A stretch of DNA of 25,885 nucleotides from a virus (lineage: Duplodnaviria > Caudoviricetes): positions 1-25,885 of the IMG/VR virus record IMGVR_UViG_3300035492_000039; one strand, written 5' to 3'. The notes below the pieces were generated by a model that saw only the letters and a list, made by a program, of their open reading frames with translations, was not told the origin of the DNA and ran no database searches. Made by a program: the position numbers and the translations under genes. This document shows, one piece after another, positions 1 through 9,101 of the stretch (the first letter of the stretch is position 1; each line of letters opens with the position of its first letter).

Positions 1-2
1 TC

Positions 3-479
3 CCCGACGCTCAACAGCTGGTCGCCAAGGCCAAGGATGATCTGGAAGCGGTCATCACCGCCCGCATCGCCGAGCACAAGCAGGCAGAGCAAGCGAAGCT
101 GGACGCCGAGCGCGAACGCATCGAGCGGGAAGCAAAGGCAGCCGCCGACGCAGCAGAGGCAGCCAAGGCGGCAGAGATTGCAGCCGAATCCCAGCGCCAG
201 CAGGAAACGCAGGTATCCGGCCAGGTGCCGTCAGCGACAGAGACGCCAGAGCCTGCACCTGCGGTCGGCGGACAGGTTGGCGGCGTAATCAAGCTGGGCG
301 AAATAAACGCCCGCATCGGCCCGCTGAGTATCACCGCCGATGGCCTTGCCAAGCTCGGCATCCAGTCGGTCGGCAAAGAGCGCTCTGCTGTGCTGTACGC
401 CGAATCGGATTGGCCGCGCATCTGCGCCGTGCTGATCGACCATCTGCAGCGCTGCCAGCATTCCGCCAAAGCCGCCTAG
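3..479 (+). CDS. 5'-truncated CDS; C-terminus of a probable YqaJ-like phage exonuclease/recombination protein
   Basis: Frame open from nt 3 (PDAQQLVAKAKDDLEAVITARIAEHKQAE...IKLGEINARIGPLSITADGL...AKAA*), in frame with the 225..479 ORF; resembles C-termini of proteobacterial phage YqaJ proteins; catalytic domain outside the window. Confidence 0.55.
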   Translation, partial: PDAQQLVAKAKDDLEAVITARIAEHKQAEQAKLDAERERIEREAKAAADAAEAAKAAEIAAESQRQQETQVSGQVPSATETPEPAPAVGGQVGGVIKLGEINARIGPLSITADGLAKLGIQSVGKERSAVLYAESDWPRICAVLIDHLQRCQHSAKAA

Positions 480-503
480 CCCCTCACCCGCCCCGCAAGG
501 GGC

Positions 504-1028
504 ATGGAGACGAATATGGGACTACAGCAAACCATCCCAGATAGCCTTATCAAAGCCCAGGCCATGATCGACAAGGCCCGCGCAGCCTTTGAGCGCGGCG
601 AGAAGCCGGCACCGGCAGAAGCGAAGCCCGAACGGCGGCCGCCGGCAAAGTCGGTAGAAGAGCTGCACGCCAGCATGAATGCAGCCGTCGAGGCCAAAGC
701 CAAAAAGCGCCGAGCCGAGCGCGACAAGCTGGCTGAGAAGATCAAGCCCCATGCCGGGCAGCTATCGGCAAACCAACTGGCTGAGAAGTTCGGCGTTTCA
801 ACCGGCCTGGTGCGCAAGGCAGCCGGAGAGCATGGTATTGACCTGAAGGTCGCGCCAGGTCACCGGCATACCCACGTAGGCCCTACCCCTGAGCAGCTGC
901 GCGAAATGCGCTCACAGGCAGCAGGCGGCGCCAGTGTGGCAGATGCCGCGCGCTGGATCGGCGTTCCGCGCGGCACCGTGGGTTACTGGGCCAAGAAGTA
1001 CGGCGTCACGTTTGGTCGCAAGCCATGA
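504..1028 (+). CDS. Putative DNA-binding protein with two HTH-like motifs
   Basis: LSANQLAEKFGVSTGLVRK and SVADAARWIGVPRGTVGYWAKK; stop overlaps next start (ATGA). Confidence 0.7.
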   Translation: METNMGLQQTIPDSLIKAQAMIDKARAAFERGEKPAPAEAKPERRPPAKSVEELHASMNAAVEAKAKKRRAERDKLAEKIKPHAGQLSANQLAEKFGVSTGLVRKAAGEHGIDLKVAPGHRHTHVGPTPEQLREMRSQAAGGASVADAARWIGVPRGTVGYWAKKYGVTFGRKP

Positions 1029-1285
1029 GCTGCACCGTCACCTACATCCTGAATGCAGCCGGAGGTGGTAGGCCGGTTGAGCGCGGCAGCGCCCCGAAGC
1101 GCCCTACATGGTGGCGGGCGCAAGCGTGGCTTGTCCTGCCCAGCGGTGAAAAGTTCGTGCACAGCACACGAGTACGCGAAACCGCCAGAACCCTGATCCC
1201 CGTAATGGACGCTCTTTTCCAGAACATGATTGCCACCCACGGCAACGTGGTCACCAGCGCAGGCTGGAGCGCCAGCACGCATTAA
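1025..1285 (+). CDS. Hypothetical phage protein
   Basis: ATGA coupling to upstream gene; operon strand. Confidence 0.7.
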   Translation: MSCTVTYILNAAGGGRPVERGSAPKRPTWWRAQAWLVLPSGEKFVHSTRVRETARTLIPVMDALFQNMIATHGNVVTSAGWSASTH

Positions 1286-1316
1286 CGGCCCTCCGGCCGG
1301 CTGGCCAGAGGTATCA

Positions 1317-1511
1317 ATGATCCGCAATCACACCGGGCACCGCATGGGCGAGTGCCATCAAAAGGCGCGCCTGTCGGCCGAGCAGGTCAAGGCTATGCGC
1401 GCCGAATACATCCCCTATGTCGTCAGCATCGGAAAGCTCGCAAAGAAATACGGATGCGGCAAATCGACTGCCCGCGACATTCTGAATTATTCGACCCGCG
1501 CTGCCGGGTAA
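1317..1511 (+). CDS. Small HTH protein resembling the C-terminal DNA-binding domain of HNH homing endonucleases
   Basis: GAGG RBS before ATG 1317; GECHQKARLSAEQVKAMR...SIGKLAKKYGCGKSTARDI. Confidence 0.65.
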   Translation: MIRNHTGHRMGECHQKARLSAEQVKAMRAEYIPYVVSIGKLAKKYGCGKSTARDILNYSTRAAG

Positions 1512-1520
1512 GGACTGAAC

Positions 1521-4022
1521 ATGACTGCATATCTGGACTTCCTGCGCCAGAAAATACGGCTGGCCGACTTTGCTGGCTTCGATGTTTCTGACGACGACAT
1601 CAACCCCATCCTCAAGCCGCACCAGCGCGCCATCGTGAAATGGGCCGTGCGCGGCGGTTGCCGGGCAATCTTTGCTGCGTTCGGCCTTGGCAAGTCGGTC
1701 ATTCAGATCGAGATCCTGCGCCTGATCCAACTGCATGCTGGCGGCCAGGTACTGATCTGCGTGCCGCTGGGCGTGCGCCAAGAGTTCCGCCGTGACGGCA
1801 AGATGCTGGGCGTGGACTTCAAGTTCATTCGCACACCCGACGAAATGGAAGATGGCCGCCTGTTCTACCTGACCAATTACGAGTCAGTGCGTGACGGCAA
1901 GCTGGACCCGAACCTGTTTACCGCCGTCAGCCTGGATGAGGCGAGCGTCCTGCGCAGCTTCGGCAGCAAGACCTATCAAACCTTCCTGTCGTTGTTCTCC
2001 AGCGTCCGGTACCGGTTTGTTGCCACGGCCACGCCAAGCCCCAACCGCTACAAAGAGCTGATCCACTACGCCGGTTTCCTCGGCATTATGGATACCGGCC
2101 AAGCGCTTACCCGGTTCTTCCAGCGCGACAGCACCAAAGCCAACAATCTGACCCTGTACCCGCACAAGGAAGCTGAGTTCTGGCTGTGGCTGAACAGCTG
2201 GGCGATCTTCCTGCAAAAGCCGTCCGACCTGGGGTTCAGTGATGAAGGCTACGCACTGCCAGAGCTGAAGGTCATCGTGCACGAGGTGCCCGCCAACCAT
2301 GAGGCGGCCGGCACCGAGAAAGATGGCCAGGGCATGCTGTTCAAGAACGTATCCCTTGGCGTTCAGCAGGCCAGCGCCGAGAAGCGGGACAGCCTCGATG
2401 CTCGGGTTGGCCAGATGATGCAGATCATCAACGGCGACCCCGACAGCCACTATCTGCTGTGGCACGACCTCGAAGACGAGCGCCACGCCATCCAGAAGGC
2501 GATGCCAGAGGCGGTCAGCGTGTACGGCAGCCAGGACCTGGACGAGCGCGAGCAGCGCATCGCTGAGTTCAGCGACGGCAAGTTCAAGTACCTCAGCGCC
2601 AAGCCGGTGATTGCCGGCAGCGGCTGCAACTTCCAACGCCATTGCCACAAGGCGATCTTTGTCGGCATTGGCTTCAAGTTCAATGACTTCATTCAGGCCG
2701 TCCACCGCATTCAGCGCTTCCTGCAGGCGCAGCCGGTGGAGATCCACATCATCCATTCAGAGGCAGAGCGCGAGGTGATGCGCACGCTGATGGACAAGTG
2801 GCAGGCCCACGAAAAAATGGTGCAGAAAATGACCGACATTATTCGCAAGCACGGGATCAACACGCTGTCGATGCAGGACATTCTGGCCCGCACAATCGGC
2901 GTCGAGCGGCTGGAAGTGACCGGCGACAATTTCCGGGTCGCCAACAATGATTGCGTGCTGGAAGCAGAGAGCATGGCGACCGACTCCGTTGACCTGATCG
3001 TGACCAGTATTCCGTTCGCCAACCACTACGAGTACACGCCCAGCTACAACGACTTCGGCCACACCGAGAACAATGATCACTTCTGGGCGCAGATGGACTT
3101 TCTGACGCCTCAGCTTTTGCGCATCCTCAAGCCGGGCCGCATGTACTGCTGTCACGTCAAGGACCGCATCCTGTTCGGCAATGTCACCGGTGCTGGAGCG
3201 CCTACCGTGAGCCCGTTCCACGCTGAGGCGCTTTTCCACGCGAAGAAGCACGGCTTTGACTACATGGGCATGATCACTGTGGTCACTGACGTGGTGCGCG
3301 AGAACAACCAGACCTACCGCCTGGGCTGGTCAGAGCAGTGCAAGGACGGAACCAAGATGGGCGTGGGATCGCCTGAATACATATTGCTGCTGCGCAAGCC
3401 TCAGACCGACCGCACCCGAGGCTATGCCGACGAGCCGGTTACCAAGTCCAAAGAGGACTACACCCGCGCCCAGTGGCAGGTAGACGCGCACGCGTTCTGG
3501 CGCTCCAGCGGCAACCGTCAGCTCACTGCCGACGAACTGGCCACCCTGGGGCCTGACAAGCTGGCCAAGGCGTTTACTGAGTACAGCCTGAACAACGTCT
3601 ATGACTACGAGTTCCACGTCAAGATCGGCCAGGAACTTGAAGCGCGCGGCGCCCTGCCTTCCACGTTTATGAGCCTGGCCCCTGGCAGTCACGACGACAC
3701 CACATGGCATGACGTCAATCGCATGATCACGCTCAACGGCAATCAGACGCAGAAGGGCCTGCAAAACCACGTCTGCCCCCTGCAATTCGACATCGTTGAC
3801 CGCCTGATTAACCGTTACAGCAACCCTGGCGACGTAGTGCATGACCCGTTCGGCGGACTGATGACCGTACCCTATCGCGCGCTCAAACTGGGCCGCAAAG
3901 GCAGCGCCAGCGAACTCAACACCGGCTATTTCTTCGACGGGGTGCAATACCTCAAAGCCGCAGAGAAAGAGATGGCCATGCCGGATCTGTTTGCGGCGCT
4001 GGAAGACGAAGACGCCGCATAA
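1521..4022 (+). CDS. SF2 (SNF2-like) helicase fused to a beta-class N4C/N6A DNA methyltransferase
   Basis: Walker A FGLGKS, Walker B LDEAS, motif III TATP, helicase-C QAVHRIQR; MTase motif IV-like DLIVTSIPF precedes motif I VHDPFGGLMT. Confidence 0.85.
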   Translation: MTAYLDFLRQKIRLADFAGFDVSDDDINPILKPHQRAIVKWAVRGGCRAIFAAFGLGKSVIQIEILRLIQLHAGGQVLICVPLGVRQEFRRDGKMLGVDFKFIRTPDEMEDGRLFYLTNYESVRDGKLDPNLFTAVSLDEASVLRSFGSKTYQTFLSLFSSVRYRFVATATPSPNRYKELIHYAGFLGIMDTGQALTRFFQRDSTKANNLTLYPHKEAEFWLWLNSWAIFLQKPSDLGFSDEGYALPELKVIVHEVPANHEAAGTEKDGQGMLFKNVSLGVQQASAEKRDSLDARVGQMMQIINGDPDSHYLLWHDLEDERHAIQKAMPEAVSVYGSQDLDEREQRIAEFSDGKFKYLSAKPVIAGSGCNFQRHCHKAIFVGIGFKFNDFIQAVHRIQRFLQAQPVEIHIIHSEAEREVMRTLMDKWQAHEKMVQKMTDIIRKHGINTLSMQDILARTIGVERLEVTGDNFRVANNDCVLEAESMATDSVDLIVTSIPFANHYEYTPSYNDFGHTENNDHFWAQMDFLTPQLLRILKPGRMYCCHVKDRILFGNVTGAGAPTVSPFHAEALFHAKKHGFDYMGMITVVTDVVRENNQTYRLGWSEQCKDGTKMGVGSPEYILLLRKPQTDRTRGYADEPVTKSKEDYTRAQWQVDAHAFWRSSGNRQLTADELATLGPDKLAKAFTEYSLNNVYDYEFHVKIGQELEARGALPSTFMSLAPGSHDDTTWHDVNRMITLNGNQTQKGLQNHVCPLQFDIVDRLINRYSNPGDVVHDPFGGLMTVPYRALKLGRKGSASELNTGYFFDGVQYLKAAEKEMAMPDLFAALEDEDAA

Positions 4023-4036
4023 CCGAGGTAATCCAC

Positions 4037-4249
4037 ATGACCACCCAACTCACAGCCCGGCACATCGCCGGGCGTAACGGGCAGCCCTTGGCCGAGGTAA
4101 AAGGCCTGCCAGGGCTTGACGCCATGATGACCCCTGCCCAGATGCGGCAGCTGGCACGGCAGATCACCCAGATCGCTATCGACAGCGAAACCGGCGTCCG
4201 CGGCCTGCGGCGCTATCCAGAAACTGAGGAGCAGAGCTATGAAAACTGA
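4037..4249 (+). CDS. Hypothetical phage protein
   Basis: GAGGT RBS; overlaps next gene. Confidence 0.7.
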   Translation: MTTQLTARHIAGRNGQPLAEVKGLPGLDAMMTPAQMRQLARQITQIAIDSETGVRGLRRYPETEEQSYEN

Positions 4250-4475
4250 GCAGCAACATGAGGAGCAGCGCATCGAGTGCGCGATTGATACCGCGCTGCT
4301 GAATGCGGACCTTTTGCGAGAACAGGTGGCAGAGCTGGAGCAGGCTTTGCTGGCAGAGACTCAGGCCAAGCATGAGGCGGTGGAGTGTCTGCGCCGCGTA
4401 ATGGATGGCGAGCACACCGAGGCACTGGAGCGCCTGATCGTGGGCATCGTTGGCAAGCACCCGGAGGCAGCATGA
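4239..4475 (+). CDS. Hypothetical coiled-coil phage protein
   Basis: GAGGAG upstream; ATGA coupling to next gene. Confidence 0.7.
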   Translation: MKTEQQHEEQRIECAIDTALLNADLLREQVAELEQALLAETQAKHEAVECLRRVMDGEHTEALERLIVGIVGKHPEAA

Positions 4476-5314
4476 AACAAGAACACGAGATGACGCCGGG
4501 CGTACTTGTGTCGGGTGAGGTTCTGAGCGCAGGTGATGCTCGTGCACGGGTGGCTGTGCTGGAGGCTGAGTTGGCAGAGTTGCGCAAGCGGGTTTGTGTG
4601 CCGGAGGGCTGGCGAGTATTCGCCCCAACCAGCACAACACTGCGCCACGGTGAGCGCTGGGAAGTGTACGGCCCAAATGGCGGCGGGATCGTCAATGCGG
4701 ACGACGTAAAGGATTGGGTTGTGCGCGGTCTGTTAGACGCCATAGCCGCCCCTGCGCCTGTTGAGCGGGTGGAGCAGGAGGCGGTCAGCTACTACGAACG
4801 TGCACACGGAGAGAAAAGCCCCACACACGGCATGAGCCTTGACGAGCGCATCGCGCATGTTGAAGGGCGCACAAACGCTGCTGGGTATGTGGAGTTTGGC
4901 AGCGTCATGGCGGTTAGCGCATTGATCGACCACGTGCTGCGAGACTCGCCAGCCCAACAACCCGCACCCACTGCCGCGCAGGATAACTGGATATCAGTCG
5001 CCGAGCGAATGCCGCCAGCTGGCACGAAGGTGCTTGCCTTCTACCGTAACTCCATGGGCGTATCGCGCCGCATCTGCGCCGAGTACATCGGCAAGCATCA
5101 GCGCGACGCTTTTGACTTCGACTCAGACTACGGCGACACCGATTACGACGAGGCCTCGGATCAGTATTACTGGCCTGAAGGCTGGTATGAGCGCGTCGAC
5201 AATTGGGACGAGCTTACCCACCTTGCCGTTACCGAGGGGGAGATAACCCACTGGCGCGTGATGCCGGCAGTGCCAGGTCTTGATGCCCACCAGAGCGGAG
5301 GCGCGAAGGTATGA
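4472..5314 (+). CDS. Mosaic Ea/Ead-type accessory protein with C-terminal DUF551-like domain
   Basis: GGAGG RBS and ATGA overlap at 4472; NWISVAERMP...ITHWRVMP brackets a DUF551-like domain; AQQPAP-type linkers. Confidence 0.75.
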   Translation: MKQEHEMTPGVLVSGEVLSAGDARARVAVLEAELAELRKRVCVPEGWRVFAPTSTTLRHGERWEVYGPNGGGIVNADDVKDWVVRGLLDAIAAPAPVERVEQEAVSYYERAHGEKSPTHGMSLDERIAHVEGRTNAAGYVEFGSVMAVSALIDHVLRDSPAQQPAPTAAQDNWISVAERMPPAGTKVLAFYRNSMGVSRRICAEYIGKHQRDAFDFDSDYGDTDYDEASDQYYWPEGWYERVDNWDELTHLAVTEGEITHWRVMPAVPGLDAHQSGGAKV

Positions 5315-5580
5315 GCAGGTTCATGGCCGAATGCCCGCATTGCGGAGAGATGTTTGACGAAGAAGATGCCTGGTTTGAGCATGGAAGGTTGCAAGCTGAG
5401 GCGGAAAGGTTGCAAGCCGCCCGCGCTGCAGGGAAGGCACGGATAGCGGAGCTTGAAGCCGTATTGGAGCGGGTGGCGGTATGGGTCGAGAAACTGCCAG
5501 TCCCGACCAATGGTGCGTGCGCACAACTCGCCCGCATCGACGCAGCCCTATCCCGGCAGGGCAAGGAGAGTGAGGTGTGA
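5311..5580 (+). CDS. Hypothetical protein with CPHC motif and coiled coil
   Basis: ATGA overlap; ECPHCG; ARIAELE. Confidence 0.7.
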   Translation: MSRFMAECPHCGEMFDEEDAWFEHGRLQAEAERLQAARAAGKARIAELEAVLERVAVWVEKLPVPTNGACAQLARIDAALSRQGKESEV

Positions 5581-5774
5581 GCGTATCAGCCGCACAGCAG
5601 CGCATAGACGATGCGCTTGATCGAGTCCTGCGAGCGTCAGGCAGCAAGCTGGCAAACTACACGATGCCATCAACGCTCAAGGCCATGCGCGATGAAATGC
5701 GGGCAATTATGGGCGAGTCGTACATAGCCGGATCGAATGCATGCCATCGGGCAATGAAGGGAGCAAAGCAATGA
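5577..5774 (+). CDS. Hypothetical phage protein
   Basis: GTGA overlap with upstream gene; ATGA overlap with next. Confidence 0.65.
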   Translation: MSVSAAQQRIDDALDRVLRASGSKLANYTMPSTLKAMRDEMRAIMGESYIAGSNACHRAMKGAKQ

Positions 5775-5977
5775 AAACCCTCCCCTTCGACATAGCCCGG
5801 TGCGCCGGGCGCTTTGACTTGATGCCGGACGGCCAGTGGTGCCCGGAGCGCGATAGCTGCAAGCGCTATCTGGCGTTCACTCAATGGGATCGCGGCGTTG
5901 TCGATGACTACCAGGGCATCCGCGTAAACATGGGCGTGCCGGACTGCCGGCATAAGATTGAGGCCGAACAGCAATAG
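5771..5977 (+). CDS. Small Cys-rich hypothetical protein
   Basis: GGAG RBS, ATG 5771; DIARC...CPERDSCKRY...C. Confidence 0.65.
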   Translation: MKTLPFDIARCAGRFDLMPDGQWCPERDSCKRYLAFTQWDRGVVDDYQGIRVNMGVPDCRHKIEAEQQ

Positions 5978-6064
5978 CCGCGCCACCATTTTCGTGACCT
6001 CGCGAAAAAGGTAACCCCATACCCCACTTTCATATCCGGCAGCGCCGGAGGGAGAAGTATTGCC

Positions 6065-6490
6065 ATGCCAATTCAGATCGAAGTTATTCAGCGCAAGCTG
6101 ATCAGCCCTGTATACCTCAAGGTTGAAGCCGAGGCGCGCTATTACGAAGACGCCACGCTGAACGGCGTCACGGACGACGAAGAAAAACCTAAGATGCCAT
6201 TCCTTGTCGGTCGTGTGTGGAGCCCGGTCATCAAGCTGGAAACCGGCAAATTTGTCGACTGGCCGCAAGGCGTCACTGCCGACATCCATTACAAGGTATG
6301 CGATCAGGGACGCTACTTGCTGCTTGATGCTGACCTCAATGTTTTGGTCGAGAAGGATGGTTATGTGCCGGACATCCTCAGCCCGGGCGGCAGTGGCTAC
6401 GGCGATTACATCATCATGAAGATCGACGGGACTGGCCAGATCGAGAACTGGAGCGTGGACCTCGACGATTTCACGCGCAACGACGAGTAA
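6065..6490 (+). CDS. Hypothetical phage protein
   Basis: GGAGGGAG RBS; 141-aa ORF on operon strand. Confidence 0.8.
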   Translation: MPIQIEVIQRKLISPVYLKVEAEARYYEDATLNGVTDDEEKPKMPFLVGRVWSPVIKLETGKFVDWPQGVTADIHYKVCDQGRYLLLDADLNVLVEKDGYVPDILSPGGSGYGDYIIMKIDGTGQIENWSVDLDDFTRNDE

Positions 6491-6518
6491 CCACCCTACA
6501 CGCCGGGAGGCATCGCCA

Positions 6519-7124
6519 ATGAGCACCGAATCAAAGCCGCTCAAGGCTTATTGCGTTAAAGACGAAGAGCAGTCAGCAGTGATCGTCTTCGCCACCAACA
6601 GCGCCAGCGCACGACGCGAGGGCGGGAACGAACTCAACTGTGAGTGGGAGCATGTTGAATCGTGCAGGCGAGCGCCTTGGGCTGATCGGTTCGCAGACAC
6701 CCGAGTTGTACCCGCCAAGGCGTGGATCGACAACGGGTATTGGTGCCCCTGCGCCGGTTGCTGCGATCGCCGGGTGGACGGTGACGCTCAGGAAGAAGAG
6801 GACGATGACGGCAATCCTTTTGAACTGGAGCCAGTATTCGTGGGTGACACGGTCTACTGCAGCCAGGCGTGCAAGGATGCGGCCGATGCCGATGCTGCAG
6901 CCCGAAAGGCGCGCAAGCAGGAAGTGCTTGATGCCGTCACAGCCAAGTTTCCAGACATCACCAACATCTGGGCAAACGACCACGAAAACGACCGCTGCGC
7001 GAGATTCAGTTTCCCGGGCGGCAAGAACCCGGTCACTTGGCGACTTGGCGAGGAAACGGCGCTTGTTTCACGAGAAGACGTTGATGCGTGGAATAAGTAC
7101 AGATCAATGAGCCGGGAGGCATAG
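6519..7124 (+). CDS. Hypothetical protein with putative Zn-binding cysteines
   Basis: GGGAGG RBS; WCPCAGCCD...YCSQAC. Confidence 0.8.
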   Translation: MSTESKPLKAYCVKDEEQSAVIVFATNSASARREGGNELNCEWEHVESCRRAPWADRFADTRVVPAKAWIDNGYWCPCAGCCDRRVDGDAQEEEDDDGNPFELEPVFVGDTVYCSQACKDAADADAAARKARKQEVLDAVTAKFPDITNIWANDHENDRCARFSFPGGKNPVTWRLGEETALVSREDVDAWNKYRSMSREA

Positions 7125-7126
7125 CA

Positions 7127-7420
7127 ATGTCCGACATCAAAGTCATGGCGGCAACAGCAGCGCTGCAAAAGATGCTCACGGATAAGTATTTCAGCATCTG
7201 CACAATGGACAAGATCATCGAGATGTTCGGCCTGGTACCGGACCGCGAGGCGTACAGCATTCTGCACACGCTGCACTGTGTCGCCTACGACCAGATGCAG
7301 CCAGAACTGTTGGAGCAGCTTTCGGTATTGATCATGCGGGTTCTCGACAGCCCGCGAATGGATACCAGCCGCATCAACATTGTCAACGACGGGCGCTGCC
7401 TGCGCCTGGTGAAGCACTGA
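7127..7420 (+). CDS. Hypothetical phage protein
   Basis: GGGAGG RBS; 97 aa. Confidence 0.75.
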   Translation: MSDIKVMAATAALQKMLTDKYFSICTMDKIIEMFGLVPDREAYSILHTLHCVAYDQMQPELLEQLSVLIMRVLDSPRMDTSRINIVNDGRCLRLVKH

Positions 7421-7437
7421 GCCGGGAGGCATGACCA

Positions 7438-7698
7438 ATGACCATAAAGATCAACACCAAATCGCAGAACATAAAGACCCACACGGCCACGCTGAACGAG
7501 AACCAAATTAAGAAGGCTCTTGCCGAAGTCGTGGCCCTGGAAGCCCGCGTTGGTCTGGATTGCGAGGCAGTCACGGCAAGAGTGGTTTTGCGGACTCGTG
7601 ATCAAACCGGCACCGCGGGAATTGAGAACTATGCCGAGGTCACGATCACCGAAGACTTGGATAAATACCCTAAGGCCGAAGAATATCGGGAGGCATGA
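7438..7698 (+). CDS. Hypothetical phage protein
   Basis: GGGAGG RBS; 86 aa. Confidence 0.75.
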   Translation: MTIKINTKSQNIKTHTATLNENQIKKALAEVVALEARVGLDCEAVTARVVLRTRDQTGTAGIENYAEVTITEDLDKYPKAEEYREA

Positions 7699-7701
7699 CC
7701 G

Positions 7702-7965
7702 ATGAAACTCATCACGCTTGAGGCGTGGGCCGAACGTCTCGACCCGCCGCCCACCATCAATACGCTGCGGGCATGGGCCCGTAGCGGCAAGTTCGACCCA
7801 CCCGCCCAGAAGATGGGCCGCACCTACTACGTTGACGAGAATGCCGAGTATTGCGACTCTGACCCGCTACCCGATATTCCTGACGCCCCATTGATCAACC
7901 GAATCGAGCGCGCACGCCATGGCACCCAGACCCCGCACGGCAGGCTCCAAGGATCTGCCGCCTAA
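7702..7965 (+). CDS. xis: Excisionase (lambda Xis-like winged helix)
   Basis: MKLITLEAWA...PPTINTLRAWARSGKFDPPAQKMGRTYYV; overlaps int start by 47 nt. Confidence 0.9.
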   Translation: MKLITLEAWAERLDPPPTINTLRAWARSGKFDPPAQKMGRTYYVDENAEYCDSDPLPDIPDAPLINRIERARHGTQTPHGRLQGSAA

Positions 7966-9001
7966 CCTGTACCGCAAGACCGACAAGCGAAACGGCGTGA
8001 CGTACTACACCTACCGCGACCCGATGACAGGGCGGTCGTTCGGGCTGGGGACGGACAAGGCGGCCGCCATCCGTGAGGCTCATGCGGCAAACGCGCATTT
8101 CAGCCCGGCCAGTCTGGCCCAGCGCATGCAGGGAGGTCAGCCGTTCCGGGCGTGGTGCGATGAATACCGCCGCATTATCGATGATCGAGACATAGCGGCA
8201 TCAACCCGGCGCAACCTGGGCATGCGCATCAACCGGCTGACAGAGCTGTTCGGGGATCGGGATATTCGGGACATCAGCACGCGGGAGGTGGCCGAGTATC
8301 TGGGCGGGCTGGCGAAGGCTGGCAAGGCGCAGATGAGTCGGGCCATGCGCTCACTGATGAGCGATATGTTTGCCGAGGCGATAGCGGCAGGATGGACGGA
8401 TGCCAACCCTGTGCATGTTACCAAGGCTGCCAGGGTGAAGATTCAGCGCGCGCGCCTTTCGCTGGAGCTGTGGCAGGCCATCTATGACCGGGCAAAACAG
8501 CCGTGGCTGCAGCGAGCCATGGAGATAGCACTGCTGACCGGCCAGCGCCGAGACGACATTGCGGGAATGCTGTTCAAGGATGTTGTTGATGACCACCTGC
8601 AGGTCATCCAGTCAAAGACCGGCCAACGCCTGCGCATTAGCACTGCCGTGCGGCTGGACTGCATTGGTCTGGACTTGGGCACCGTGATCCAGCGGTGCCG
8701 CGACAACGTGCTGAGCAAGCATCTTGTCCATCACGCCCGCCGCGTCAGCAGGGCGATGCCTGGTCAGCCGATCATGCTGGATACGCTGAGCAAGGCGTTT
8801 GCCGATGCGCGTGACGCCGCGATGGCTGACCTCGGGCTGTCGTACCCGAAGCCGCCGAGCTTCCACGAAATGCGCTCTCTGGCTGCTCGCCTGCACTCTG
8901 CCGAGGGTCGCGATGCACAGGCCCTGCTGGGCCACAAGTCCAGCAAGATGACCGACCTATATCGTGACTCCCGTGGTACAGAGTGGATCGAGGTGGCATA
9001 A
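7919..9001 (+). CDS. int: Tyrosine integrase, lambda family
   Basis: N-terminal arm-binding domain (LPPNLY...YYTYRDPMTGRSFGLG); catalytic R (TGQRR), K (SKT), HEMR, LGH, Y (TDLYRD). Confidence 0.97.
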   Translation: MAPRPRTAGSKDLPPNLYRKTDKRNGVTYYTYRDPMTGRSFGLGTDKAAAIREAHAANAHFSPASLAQRMQGGQPFRAWCDEYRRIIDDRDIAASTRRNLGMRINRLTELFGDRDIRDISTREVAEYLGGLAKAGKAQMSRAMRSLMSDMFAEAIAAGWTDANPVHVTKAARVKIQRARLSLELWQAIYDRAKQPWLQRAMEIALLTGQRRDDIAGMLFKDVVDDHLQVIQSKTGQRLRISTAVRLDCIGLDLGTVIQRCRDNVLSKHLVHHARRVSRAMPGQPIMLDTLSKAFADARDAAMADLGLSYPKPPSFHEMRSLAARLHSAEGRDAQALLGHKSSKMTDLYRDSRGTEWIEVA

Positions 9002-9063
9002 TTCCGCATCGAGTTTTGACGACATTTTGGGGAGGATTGGGGAGACTGTTTCACCCCTTTATA

Positions 9064-9076
9064 AATCAATGACTTG
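9064..9076 (+). promoter_or_regulatory. IHF-binding site
   Basis: AATCAATGACTTG matches WATCAANNNNTTR. Confidence 0.7.
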
Positions 9077-9101
9077 CACTCTCTACGGCATCAAGGCCTG
9101 A
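9069..9101 (+). other. Phage-borne copy of the 5' end of a yffB/ArsC-family reductase gene (MTCTLYGIKA*), putative att core
   Basis: ATG ACT TGC ACT CTC TAC GGC ATC AAG GCC TGA GAC; matches the YffB-family N-terminus LYGIK(A/N)CD with the Cys codon replaced by TGA. Confidence 0.75.

Larger units (their letters stand above)
6502..7700 (+). repeat. Four copies of gene-junction motif (GC)CGGGAGGCAT at 6502-6513, 7111-7122, 7421-7432, 7687-7696
   Basis: Read directly; each lies 4-5 nt upstream of a start codon. Confidence 0.85.

Noticed and set aside
1884-3947. Several long - strand ORFs
   Set aside because: Antisense to the helicase-methyltransferase
5657-6544. 295-aa - strand ORF
   Set aside because: Overlaps several + strand genes that have good RBSs and coupling; no motif
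6502-7700. CRISPR array or integron attC sites
   Set aside because: Repeats are only 10-15 nt, non-palindromic and separated by whole genes; no attC structure, cas or intI
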